Assembly: GCA_051362555.1 (NCBI GenBank)
Contig: CM120640.1
Span: 44,494,788 to 44,558,787, forward strand
Origin: Lingula anatina
Lineage: Eukaryota > Animalia > Brachiopoda
Length of the DNA stretch: 64,000 bases
Direction of reading: 5' to 3'
Shown here: positions 1 through 12,914 of the stretch, one piece after another
How positions within the stretch are numbered: the first letter of the stretch is position 1
Layout of the letters: every line of letters begins with the position of its first letter
Made by a program: the position numbers and the translations under genes
Notes under the pieces: model-generated
The model's database searches: none
Told to the model about the DNA's origin: nothing
The model's input: only the letters and a program-made list of their open reading frames with translations

Positions 1-1926
1 ACAGTTAGTCTTTGTAAGTATTTATGCAGTTAGTAGTAACAGTATTAACTCAGGAATTTCTGAGCAATGAGGTGATCAATAAACTGACCCATGTACCCAT
101 GAATGACCACTGATGAATATAAGCAAAAGTACCTTATGTTTTCAACTTGAATGTTGCCAAAAGAGCTTCAAATGTGATACAAACTGGCACAAACTAGCAA
201 TGATATGTGGTTTATATAAACATGTATATCTTAAAACTGAAGAAGAAAAATAATAAAGATCTATGAGATCCAGATTACAGTGATTCATTAAGCAAGTTAC
301 GTTTTCATTGGGTGTAATGAAGTCAACTTAACATAAATAATGCTGTTCAGTTTTGAGGACTGTCCTATCACATCTGCCTTAGACCGGTTTAATTTACATC
401 ATTTTGACTATGATTCCATCAAGTCTACTAACATTTTGCTTTATTTTTTTAAAACTAAAATGGCCCAATACAAGGTTGGTCTTAAATTGGAACATGGAAG
501 GGTCACTCCATCAATGATTCCCAGTAACAAAATTATATTTTGTCCCTTTTTATTGTGCAACATTAATGACTTCACGTCCAGAACAAATCTCCACTGTAAT
601 ATCCATGGAAAATTACTGATTGCCTGCTGATTATAAACCAATCATAGCATGCAGCAAGCATGGCAGAGAGGGGTTGATTTAATCACAAAACCACAGCGAA
701 GACCAGAAAATCCATTTGCCTGGGTTCCCTTATCCTGGAAGAGATTCAGCCTAAAATCCAGTTTTAAAAGATTTAAATGCACTGCATGTAACTCCCCAAA
801 CATATTCCTTCCTGGTATCAATGGTAAAAGCATTCAGCCCTTCAATGTGTATACTAATTTGTACAGTTGTTTTAATTACTGTGACTGTAGTGCCCTCAAT
901 GCACAGTAGCTGCTGTGAATAGAGAGATACAATCACCCAAAAGACGGCAAAGCTTAGAGAACGACCAGTAATTAAAGTCTGCAAGCTTACTTCTCTCTAT
1001 CAGCAGTCCCAAGGCTATGGAGTGCCAATTAATCGATACAAACCTGCGTAGAGAAAGAACCAGCCAAGAACTGGGCATTCTGTGCTGGTCTCACTCAGGC
1101 TTATTTTTCTACTTGACCACAGATCTTAATAGATGCACACAATGCACATTAGACCAATGAAGTAGCAAGGAAGTTAATTTTCTTGGAAGTTTCAAAGTTT
1201 TTCCCTTATCCTATCTAAAATTGTTGGGAAAATCATGATCACCTTTGCCTAAATTTACATTTTTACTCTAGTGAATGAATTTCACCAGACTCAAGAGTGA
1301 CTCTGAGTGACTCTAAGGGGTACTTTTTTGGTGAGTTAATTTTGTTCACTCAAAAGTAGTCGGGATAAAATCACGGGGAGTTCTTTCCTAATTATACGTG
1401 ATTTATTGACCTCGGTTTCACTCTACAAGTACTATTTACTGACTGGCTGAGGATGAAGGAATCCCATATGATGTAGTTCAAAGTCTTTTTTTTTTTTGTT
1501 GTTGTTGTTGTCTTGACATCCTTATGTTGATGAAGCCATATGTACTATATGGGAAATATGGAAATTAAGGAAGTGGGGAAAAAATGGCAGCACCATTTTG
1601 GTGCTCATTTTTATTAAATAATTATTTATTTTGTTTATTTATTTTTTATTTACTTTTTACTGACCTGATGCTATGTTTCTTCATTGTCCATGTACAGTAC
1701 TTTTAACTAAGACTTCTGTTTAGAAAAATGACATTGTTGAACTTGACATACCTTGATAGTGCACAGTCTGGCAAAAAAGAGATAACAAAGTGAGGAAGAG
1801 AAACAATCGATTGGAAGTTTAGCAAAAAGAGAAAAGAAGGTCGGTTTTACAATTCAGAAGAGGGAAAAATGTTTTGAGTATCAGGAGTATGATAGTGATG
1901 ATGAACAGAATTTTCTAGCTTGTCAG

Positions 1927-2378
1927 CCCAGACAGCCTCAGTGATCTGGCCCACGTCTGGCCCAGATCTGGCAACGTCTGGCAATGTCTGGCAAAAGGTA
2001 TGGCCCACGTATGGCTTGCCAGATGTGGGCCAGATGTGGCAATGGTTGGGCCAGATCTGTCCCAGACATTGCCACATCTGGCCCAGTCCACATTTGCTCA
2101 TGTGGCCAGATGTCGGCCCAGATCTGGCAATATCTGGCAAAGGTATGGCATGCCAGATGTGGACCAGATGTGGGCCAGATCATATTTAAATGGGCCAGAT
2201 TAGGGCCAGACATGGACCACATATGGCCCAGATTGTTTTTTTTTTATTATTTCACATTTGCTCATGTGGCCAGATCTGGCCCAGATCTGGCAATATCTGG
2301 CAAAGGTATGGCATGCCGGATGTGGACCAGAAGTGGGCCAGATTAGGTCCAGATATGGACCACATATGGCCCAGATTG
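1927..2378. repeat. Long subterminal array of palindromic CCAGATCTGG/TGGCCCAGA-like motifs
   Basis: Dense ~10-11 bp motif repeats, including a ~164-bp internal duplication (CACATTTGCTCATGTGGCCAGA at ~2089 and ~2253). Mirrored at ~14029-14481. Confidence 0.9.
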
Positions 2379-3112
2379 TTTTTTTTTTTTTTTTAATTAT
2401 TTTTAATTATTCAATAAGATTACTATAAAAAAGACATACAAGATTCAAGTATTTATTCTGTACTAAAACCCTAAACAAAATTATTACACATTAAATAACC
2501 TTGCTGGCAACTAACATGTAACAAATTAAGGGTCACTCCTTGTCTTTTTGTACAAAACAATGTATGTTTGAAAAAAAAAACTACACTGCAAAAAGGCAAA
2601 TATACAGACACTTAACAGGAGGAAATGTCACTTACATACATGCAAAGAAAACAGTTATAACAACAATTTTTTTTTCAACACAAAGCTGCTCATCGAATCT
2701 GAATTAACACAAATTACAAAAATTGTAATTAATTATGCATGTACATGGGGGGGGGGGGGGGGGGGGGGAGGGGTTTGAGGGGGAAATATTTTTGCACACC
2801 TCAACCTAAATAATATTATACATTGTCATTTTTAAACTAATTCAAACATATCATTAATAATAATAATCACTAATGAATATAGTTTTGTAATGAATAAATC
2901 TTGAATGATGAATGAAAAAACATTGTTTTTTACATGATGGAGAGTTATAACAAAATTATAAATAACCATGCAGTAACTGTTTCAATTCAACTTGCATGCT
3001 GGCTACAGTACTGTACATACATGTAAATTCTGAAAAAAAAATATGTATACTCCAGCACAGATATAGATGTACAATTAAAAGAGAATTACATGTGCACAAA
3101 AACAAACCCCAG

Positions 3113-4547
3113 TATCAATGCTTTTTAATTAAATCACATCACGAATCAAATCACTCAATGAATTGAACAAGTTTGCAATGCTTGCGCTTTTTTCAAATCC
3201 ATAACACTAAGAAATGATACATCCGGCTCCTTGACAAGCTTATAATTATTAAAGGAATCAACAATGGAACAAGTAACTCTACAAAGTTAACAAAAGTTCA
3301 TTCAAATGTCAAGTCAAAACACAACATCCCTTCCTTTCTTTCAAAACATGTTAATTGACAGTTTAGTCTTTAAAATGTCTTTTCAAACATTTGCAGAATA
3401 GCATATGAACTCCAACTTTTATTCCTTAAACCACACTGAAAATTCTCCAAACTAATCAATTCATATCAAATCCCATGTCCTTTCACTACTACTGGTCACT
3501 TTCTTTGCTTGCCTTTACGCCCCATTTAAATGTTCCCTTCACTTTTAAAGGTTTCTCAGACATGTATGAATAATACTGTTTGTTTTCTGGTCCTCCACAA
3601 GAGCCACATTTATTTTTCTTGGATTTCAGCATTCTCCATGTATTTTCATCAATGATATTACAATATGCACCTGAATCTGGTAATACACTGAGATTAACAC
3701 CTCCTCTATTTCCTCCATGTCTTCTGTGTATATTGCATTGGTTCCCACACCAAATGTATATGCACTCCTGGATTATCATGTTCAAAGCTGGCATTTACAT
3801 GAATAATAGTTTCAGTTTTGCAGACTTTTGCAAAGTGATCCAACGTTCCATGTTTTCTCAGTCAGGGAGTTTCTACTTCGTTTTTCATGTCTAAACTCGT
3901 AATGTTTAGACTGGCTTAGTTTGTCAAATAACTTCGGTTTCATCATACTCACAGTTTCTGGTGTTCCAATTTCATTCAAAGCGTTAACTGTCTTATGTAT
4001 ATTCATGTTTCTAACCTGTGTTTGGGAGAGTCCTGAAAATATCTTGTACACCTGTCCCTGCTGAATACAACATAAGCGCGCGTTTTCTCTGTCATGTATT
4101 TTTAATTTTCTATCTTTGTTCATTATTCATGCCGTCCGTTGGTTTTGAAAAGATCAATCTTTTCCGTCAGCGAAGAGGTTAAAACTGTCTAGCCATCGCG
4201 TCGAGCGTGACCCTAATGTCTCCGGTCTTCTGTACGGTTCGAATTCCGTAATTTCACATTTTTCCTCCATTTTTTCAAAGAAAGTTGGCTCACAGTTTTG
4301 CACTAGTGTTAATCCTCGTCGCCAGTGTTGATGCCTTCGAAATAAATCGCATCACGAATCAAATCACTCAACGAATTGTATCAGTTTGATACGCTTGTGC
4401 TTTTTTCATATCCATAACTCTAAGAAACGCTACATCCGGGTCCTTGACCGGCTTAGCATAAAAAGCGGAATCTTACAACAGCGGAACGAGTAGTTCAAAA
4501 AAGTTTTAGAACAGTGAATTCATTCAAATGTCAAGTCAAATTAAACA
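3113..4547 (-). mobile_element. Decayed, internally deleted Gypsy-like LTR retrotransposon nested in DNA transposon copy 1
   Basis: On the minus strand: 5' LTR ~4547-4326, PBS TGGCGACGAGGAT (4324-4312), gag-like relic, protease relic (VLPDSGAYCNIIDENTW), PPT (3342-3327), 3' LTR ~3326-3113. Confidence 0.8.
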
Positions 4548-4696
4548 AATAGCACACCTTTGAGGGGACTTTGAAGAAAAGAGACAGAGATAAATTAAAT
4601 TAAAATTTATCAAATGACGTCAGTTCAATGCATTCAGCTCACTGGTCAATAAAAAATTAATAAATAGAAAATAAAAATTGAAAATGAAAGTACCAT

Positions 4697-4920
4697 ATCT
4701 GGCCCAAGTCTGGGCAGCATCTGGCAAAATGTGGCATAAATGCCAGACTTTGCCAGACTTGGCCCAGATCTGGCAAGTGTCTGGCAAAATGTGGCATAAA
4801 TGCCAGACTTTGCCAGACTTGGCCCAGATCTGGCAAGTGTCTGGCAAAATCTGGCCCAGATATTGCCAGACGTTGCCAGATCTGGGCCAGACGTGGGCCA
4901 GATTACTGAGGCTGTCTGGG
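4697..4920. repeat. Short subterminal array with a 60-bp tandem duplication
   Basis: CTGGCAAAATGTGGCATAAATGCCAGACTTTGCCAGACTTGGCCCAGATCTGGCAAGTGT occurs twice (4721-4840). Mirrored at ~11483-11706. Confidence 0.9.
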
Positions 4921-7900
4921 AGACCTAATGTCTGCTGAAATTTTGACCTTTTGTAGTGTGTCTTCTATGTACAAATAAAATGTTTTTAAATGTAGAATAT
5001 GCAACCAGAGACCAAGAAGATGCTTACCACTAAAACTATTTCAGCTTCATATGAACTTCAGTAAAAATTATTCTTCACTAAGAATCCACCACACTTACCA
5101 CATAAGTTTGAACTGTTTCTGAATGCAATACGTATCCTGCCAGTGTCTTTAGATTATGATATAGCCTTTAAAAAAAACGATCAAAACGATGAATGGGAAA
5201 AATCCAAATACAGTTAGTCCAAACACAACTCTCCCCAGTTGGAATCCATAATGCTGTGGACAGTTTTGCAATACTGTATTGATCAGCCATAATCCTGGCC
5301 TATGTTAGGAGGCTTTATAGCCTCACCAAAGCAAACCTGGATGGCATATTGATTAACAGTATATGCATGGCTGAATTGAGCCGTGAAGGAGAGATAACAC
5401 AATCCAAGAGGACCTTAAGTGGCTTGGTGGGATTGTCAATGTGTGAAGTAAGCTGGCATGACAACTAAACAATCACAGCAGTAACATTATTACCAACAAA
5501 TGCGAATATGGGGGTAGGGCCAGGTAAGGGTGACAGGCAGTGCTTTGTACCTGAAGTTCAGTGAAAGAAATAGAGCACTTCCTAATTAAGCCCTTAATGA
5601 CTCCAAGGGCACATTAGGCAAATCTTAATCTGGAATTTCAATTGATCGTCGCGTTTCAACTTAACAATCAAGCAAGCACAAGAGTGATTTGCCAAGCTCC
5701 TAATCTTGATATCCAATTTGGTCCAGAAAGTAATTAAAACAGATGTACACCATGGTACTGAATAACACACAGAACAGTGCACTTGAACTTGTAGTAAAAA
5801 GTGATACATAGGGTCAAAGATTCCATTCAATTTCCCCAACTTCACATTCCCAACCTTTGAAGTCCATACAAAACATCTTAATCTATACTGGTCACCGAGA
5901 ACCCTAGAAATATTGAATGTTATGTACGCGTCCATTCAGAGTTCAAGAATTATGCATTGATCAAATTGCCCTTCGATTCATTGTTGGTTAAATCCAATGA
6001 TTTGTTCTTAATGAGCCCCTTTATGGCCCAGGTGCACTCCTTTACCATATTGACCTTTTTGACAGACAGAACATTTCCCAGTACAAAAATGTAGCTGTCT
6101 ATCAGGTGTCCATCTTGTAAGCATTTAACATAAACTGATTACCATTACATAACTAAAATCTGCTATAATTTAAATTTTGTTGATAGTTGTGAATTTGAAA
6201 CACTAAAATTGAAGTCTTGCAATGGGACTCAAAATGGATTTCATTTAGGACAAACAAAAATAAATTCTATGAAAAATGTATTTGCAGATTTGAATGTTGG
6301 AGTATTAGGTGCAGTTGTGAAGGGTACAAAGGGAAAGGTATTGATAACAAGATCAATTCTTATTTCTTCAGTTTCTTTCCCTTTCTTAGGCTTTAATAAT
6401 TTGTATCCCCTGCCTAAAAATCTCTTTTCGGGGGTGGGGGGGTGGGGGACTTTCTTTGTCAATCAATGGCAATTAAGCATTTAATAATTATTAAAATATC
6501 CAACCAAATCCACATAAGTACATGTCAAAATCACTATTACAATTCTATTACAGTGGCATTCAATCTCAAATATGGACATTTTGTTACATTAATCCAGTTA
6601 AAAAAAGCCAGTGATGGAGATTTGTAAGCTGAAATCTATCTGTTGATTAAGATGATTACTTCCTTTGCTCTGCTGATTTACTCCCTAATTGCACAGCACA
6701 TGGCATTTACTTGGATCAGTAACTTTTATTTCTGTACTTTCAATTCACTGCAGAGGAAGAATATGCTCTGTCTGATGTTTAAATTAACTTCAGTTTCCTC
6801 TATTATCCTCTGCCTGCTCAGCCATAGCATGCTGTTATCAGCTGGACACTTGCTCATAGACACAGCTAAATACCAATAAACACCATACAAATATTACTAA
6901 TACAGTGATTAAAATAGCTTCCAGACCAAGCCATTTGTACCAGCAGATCCCTTTCTTTATCAAACAATGCCAAAACCAAATGTCGGGCTTATTGAAAAAC
7001 TTCCAAATGGTTAAGCAATTTTCTATTATTCAATTATCAAAGGATATAATTTTCAAAACATGTGAGACAAAAATAAGTGGTGAGCAAGTGAGAAAAAACA
7101 AAAACTTGCTGAATATCTTTATAATTACTAGTATCTACATGATACATCTACATTTTTAAAAATACAAATATCTAAAAGCTTTTTATACAATGAAACTGCA
7201 AAGTAGCTGCTGTGTTTCCACATAATATGCTTCAGTAAGGTGGAAAATCATTACTATCATAGTCAGAGCAATGATTACAGAACAGATCAATACACTCTTT
7301 ACCCAGCCCCAATGTAATGGTCAAGGCCAAGGCAGTGTATGATCAATATGCTTCTCCAATAATCCAGGTCCTAAGTTCAATACTTTAGTAATCAAGGGGT
7401 CCTGTGATGGACAATATAGTTTTACCAGAGCAGAAACTAGTGTTAAATCAATATGCTTTCTTCTCCTACCTGCCAATGCCTATGGTAACCTGTAGACATG
7501 AAACAATGCATTTGTAAGGAAAGGAACTGACAAACGAGCATGAAAACTGTTTTAGATAATCACCGCCTATATTGATATTGTATTCAAAGTAAGTTCCCAT
7601 GTTGTTTGCAACAATTAATCAATACCAGCAATAGAAAACTAAGACTGACATGTCAGCAGTTTTTAAATCAAGACGTGTGAGATATATAAACATTCTCAAA
7701 CCTGAAATCATTTTGAGGTCACCAAATGAATAGAAAAGTTATAAGACCAACAATACACTGAGGTCTAAATCAAATTTTTGTAATTACCTACATCTAATTA
7801 CAATTAAAAGCTCTAACAGCAGCTTTTTAAACAACTGACAAAATATGAAAGATGCCACTTTTCTGAAAAATACCCACCCACCCACTTCCACCCCCACAAA

Positions 7901-10900
7901 TAAAAAGACTGTGGAAATGTCAACATGAAAACCTATCTAAATCCCACTGCCACAAACAACTCTTATGTCATTAATAAACCAAAAGAGAATAATAGACATT
8001 TAATATTGCTATGATATCCCTAAACGTTTTAAATATCTCTGTGACCAGTGACCTACAGACGTACACAAAATTATGCAGAAGGTGATAATAAAGATCTTGT
8101 CTGGCTTTGTGGGGCAGTGGAAATCAATCCTACCATTTTAAAGAGCAGACTCCTAATTCTGAACTGCTCTTTGCAATGAGCAATCCTAACATGCACTATA
8201 CAATGTGAGCTACTGCTAACAGCATTTCTTTTCTGGCAAAATAAACAATTTCACCAAAATAAAAAAAAAATAATAATAAATACATGTATAAATTCCAAAA
8301 AATAAATTATAAACATATAAAATTCTCAGACACTGGAAAATCAAATGTTAGCACAAGCTCTGACATCTTTATATATATATATATCTCCATGAAAATTGCA
8401 TAATTATGTTATAATATAGTTATCATATAAGGGAAATGAGTTACAGTAACAGTATAGCATCTGACCTAATAAATTTTCTTATCAACATTGCACACTTGTG
8501 TTTAAAATAACAGGTATCAAGAAGGAAATGAGTCAGAGAATCAGGATTTAGGGTCCATCTCTGAAATTATGCATTTCAGACATACTCATGAATCCCAGGC
8601 CCAAATCTAACAAATTTTTAAGATGGAGGGTCTTTTTCTCAGAGTGTACCTTTAATTATTTAATATTTGTGTACACAGATCGAATTTTACCCAGAGCAGA
8701 CCTTTTTCAGGCAAAACAATGCGGTTGTTCCAACCCCCAGAGCCCCCATTGCGCACTTACACATCATGACCATGTATAACAGTTGGCCATGAATTGCAAT
8801 CAAACCCAGACTCTTATGCAGAGTTCAGAATCAGGGACCAGGTCTAATTAAAAATGTTAATCTACCTTTAGCAAGACCGCAAAGAATCGTACCTAACTAA
8901 TGTGCATTTAACCTAAATAATGTGCATGTTTGTGTGGGGGGGGGGTAGATTTTTACCTGAACAGCCTCTAAAAGCTCTAAAATTCAGCCATTGTGTAAAA
9001 CAGGTCTCTGCATGGAGACACTATGGACATGCCACAAACTAAAGAGACAAAAACTATTTCCAACCACAGACACCTAATATTTCCTCCAAACAATATTTCT
9101 AGATATTGGAGGAAATCAATCTTTGTTTCTCTGAGATCAAAGCTGATATAAAAAGAATGTATTCATTCAATCAGCTACAATTTCTACGACCAAGTGTGCA
9201 TGTCTGTTCTCACCATCCTCTGCATTGAACTCTAATTGCATGGGAAGAAAAATGGTGCTGTTAGCTGAAATAATTGATAAACTGTCACAAACCGCACAAA
9301 TAGGCGTGATCGTTATTAAATTCCACTAAAAAGTCACTTAGTAATTCTTGGGCTCTAGGAGAGAAATAGTTTCAGAACTTGATGCATAACAAGCAAAAAC
9401 TTATTTCATTAAACCTCTAACATATTTCTCAATCCATGACAACATTAATTACTAACTTATTACAGTATATACTGGAGATCCACTTCATAACAGTATATTT
9501 ACTTTCTTTTAAAAAAATCTATTTTACCTTTAAAAATCCTTTGAAAATTTTCATTTTTGCAACTATACTCACATCACTTTTCACAACACAAACAAGGGAA
9601 ACCATTCTGGACAGTTTCAGCATGTCACACATTTAAGTCCTTTATATGGCTCCACACATGGGGAATAAATGCCAATCGAAGAAATGCACTGTGCATCTTA
9701 AGTCAATACTTACAATTTGTTACTGTCACATTAAGGCCCAATGATTGGTTGCTATATCCTGATTTAAGGCTACAGTGTTTGCATTACCAGTTAGTGTTCC
9801 AAGCATGTGTTAAGCAGCTATAAAGATGAGCTTCAAATCCTGAATAAATCCCAGAATGGGAATGCCTAGCCTGATCTGGTAAAATTGATTCCAGTAGATG
9901 TCAATGCTAAAGCTTGTAAGTCCAGCAGCAGTCTCCACGATTAATGTCAATAATATTTCTATAAAGTGGAAAGCTCTAACATTTTCAATCACTCACCTCT
10001 ATGCACTTCAATATGTTTTTCACTTCCTGATGAAAGATAGTGGTAAGCACTGCGGTTCTCACATCTGGCAACATAAAACAAATGGAGACAAATAAGAGCT
10101 GGATCCAGATTTTATAGAAAAATTGCCTGCACAGACTAATACCAATGCTGAAAATGTAATAGGCAAGCTTGTCAATACATTTTGTAGTTTTAGTACTAGA
10201 GAAGCAGCCGACCAATCAATACGCCCCACACATCTGTGTGTACACATAGGAGAGCTCAACTGATAGCTAGCACAGCAAACTATGTAATCTTATAGGAATT
10301 GTAATACATTGACTGAAAATTGAACATTTCCTTCATGCTTCATTCAAGCAGAAAGGGGCGAGTCGGGCTGGACAGGAATTTTTCTGAAGCTTACCTGTGG
10401 TATCAGATATGGTCAGCTGCACAATTATTGGTTACACACTGTGTATAGAGCAAATTTGACTTAGTCACAAATCATGCTGAAATGGCTGATTATTCTCTAA
10501 ACACCAATAAGAGATGAAGTTTTGTAGTCAATTCACAAGAGCTATAGCCTGTAGGAATTTGCTGAAATACACAAACACACTGAATTAATATATTTTGACA
10601 TGATAATACAGTTAACCATCCCCTTTTCCGTGTCTTTAACCATAACAGGCTTGCAACTGCTGTGGTATATATAGTCAGATCCAGAAGACATTAGCAGCAC
10701 CTGAATTAAGAACCCATTAAATATACAATATATAAATTAAAAAGTTTCAGGACATAAGCCACGTGTCTAGCCTAGGCTAACGTTTGCCACCGTTTTGCAA
10801 ACTACGTATGTTGTGAGCTGTGAGCGTGCTTCAGTAATTCCACGTATTTCAAACTAACACTCATTAATCACAGGTGACTCACTTTTTATGTTCTTACCTA

Positions 10901-12078
10901 GGTTATAGTCCGTCTTAGTTTTCATTCTGTCACTGAGATGCAAAACCTGGAAAATCAACGTCATCATTGCAAGTTGATACCATGTTAATTGGGAATCATG
11001 CGAGATGACCCTAGATCAACAAAGCAGTCTGAGCATTCGGCATAATTGCAGGTTATATGAGAAACCGTGCGAGAATCTGCGTGACAGAGTAGGGTTAACT
11101 TTTTATTGATAAGGGTAAAATTCTATGCCCCGGGAATGTCGCCTTAAAATATATAAAGTGACACGCAAAACATGGTGAATCCAAACTGTAGTGTGTCAGT
11201 CTGTTGTTTTACACGGTTTTTACAAAACTAGAAGAATACCAATGAATGAATTCTGTCAGTTTTTATTCGATGCCGTGCTGTGTTCGCTAGATTGCGATTT
11301 TTATATCTAATCCCGCGCTCCTCCAAATCCAGCGAAATCTCGCTTGATTTTACAGTTAATCTTGAACAATCCCAATTCTATTGTTGATTCTGTCAGCGAT
11401 TCTGTTATATCCACATCTCATCACAATCAATAGTCGAGACGAGACCCGTGATCTAGTCGCAACTACCACATTGTAAAGCAAACCCAGACAGCCTCAGTAA
11501 TCTGGCCCACGTCTGGCCCAGATCTGGCAACGTCTGGCAATATCTGGGCCAGATTTTGCCAGACACTTGCCAGATCTGGACCAAGTCTGGCAAAGTCTGG
11601 CATTTATGCCACATTTTGCCAGACACTTGCCAGATCTGGGCCAAGTCTGGCAAAGTCTGGCATTTATGCCACATTTTGCCAGATGCTTCCCAGACTTGGG
11701 CCAGATACGGTACTTTCATTTTCAATTTTTATTTTCTATTTATTAATTTTTTATTGACCAGTGAGCTGAATGCATTGAACTGACGTCATTTGATAAATTT
11801 TGATTTAATTTATCTCTGTCTCTTTTCTTCAAAGTCCCCTCATAAGTGTGCTATTTGTTTAATTTGACTTGACATTTGAATGAATTCACTGTTCTAAAAC
11901 TTTTTTGAACTACTCGTTCCGCTGTTGTAAGATTCCGCTTTTTATGCTAAGCCGGTCAAGGACCCGGATGTAGCGTTTCTTAGAGTTATGGATATGAAAA
12001 AAGCACAAGCGTATCAAACTGATACAATTCGTTGAGTGATTTGATTCGTGATGCGATTTATTTCGAAGGCATCAACAC

Positions 12079-12091
12079 TGGCGACGAGGAT
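12079..12091 (+). other. LTR primer-binding site complementary to a tRNA 3' end (tRNA-Ser GCU-like)
   Basis: TGGCGACGAGGAT lies one base after the LTR-terminal CA. It is complementary to ...ATCCTCGTCG-CCA, which I recall as the 3' end of metazoan tRNA-Ser(GCU). Confidence 0.7.
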
Positions 12092-12689
12092 TAACACTAG
12101 TGCAAAACTGTGAGCCAACTTTCTTTGAAAAAATGGAGGAAAAATGTGAAATTACGGAATTCGAACCGTACAGAAGTCCGGAGACATTAGGGTCACGCTC
12201 GACGCGATGGCTAGACAGTTTTAACCTCTTCGCTGACGGAAAAGATTGATCTTTTCAAAACCAACGGACGGCATGAATAATGAACAAAGATAGAAAATTA
12301 AAAATACATGACAGAGGAGACGCGCGCTTATGTTGTATTCAGCAGGAACAGGTGTACAAGATATTTTCAGGACTCTCCCAAACACAGGTTAGAAACATGA
12401 ATATACATAAGACAGTTAACGCTTTGAATGAAATTGGAACACCAGAAACTGTGAGTATGATGAAACCGAAGTTATTTGACAAACTAAGCCAGTCTAAACA
12501 TTACGAGTTTAGACATGAAAAACGAAGTAGAAACTCCCTGACTGAGAAAACATGGAACGTTGGATCACTTTGCAAAAGTCTGCAAAACTGAAACTATTAT
12601 TCATGTAAATGACAGCTTTGAACATGATAATCCAGGAGTGCATATACATTTGGTGTGGGAACCAATGCAATATACACAGAAGACATGGA

Positions 12690-12914
12690 GGAAATAGAGG
12701 AGGTGTTAATCTCAGTGTATTACCAGATTCAGGTGCATATTGTAATATCATTGATGAAAATACATGGAGAATGCTGAAATCCAAGAAAAATAAATGTGGC
12801 TCTTGTGGAGGACCAGAAAACAAACAGTATTATTCATACACGTCTGAGAAACCTTTAAAAGTGAAGGGAACATTTAAATGGGGCGTAAAGGCAAGCAAAG
12901 AAAGAGACCAGTAG
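12690..12914 (+). pseudogene. Retroviral-type aspartic protease fragment of the Gypsy relic
   Basis: GGVNLSVLPDSGAYCNIIDENTW...SYTSEKPLKVKGTF contains the D-S-G active-site motif in retropepsin context. No RT, RNase H or integrase follows. Mirror copy at 3489-3713 (-). Confidence 0.7.

Larger units (their letters stand above)
1927..4920. mobile_element. Non-autonomous TIR DNA transposon, copy 1 (CMC/EnSpm-like)
   Basis: Terminal inverted repeats CCCAGACAGCCTCAGT(G/A)ATCTGGCCCACGTCTGGCCCAGATCTGGCAACGTCTGGCAA at both ends. Flanks AG|...|AG give a 2-bp TSD. Subterminal arrays of a CCAGATCTGG-like motif. No transposase ORF. A second, near-identical copy lies at 11483-14481. Superfamily is inferred from CCC termini, short TSD and subterminal repeats. 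Confidence 0.85.

Noticed and set aside
1927-2378. CRISPR-like appearance of short palindromic repeats
   Set aside because: No unique spacers of constant length, no cas genes, eukaryotic intron-containing context, and the repeats form transposon ends.
1847-2396. Cluster of overlapping W/C/P/G-rich ORFs on both strands (also 4620-4938, 11453-11783, 13972-14559)
   Set aside because: They are translations of the transposon's palindromic subterminal repeats, open in several frames at once.
2747-2768. Poly-G tract as a possible G-quadruplex or functional site
   Set aside because: Length differs between the two transposon copies, consistent with an unstable homopolymer.
12280-12591. 103-aa ORF MNKDRKLKIH... 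(mirror 3812-4123)
   Set aside because: Mostly an off-frame reading of the decayed gag relic; the gag-like motifs lie in a different, interrupted frame.
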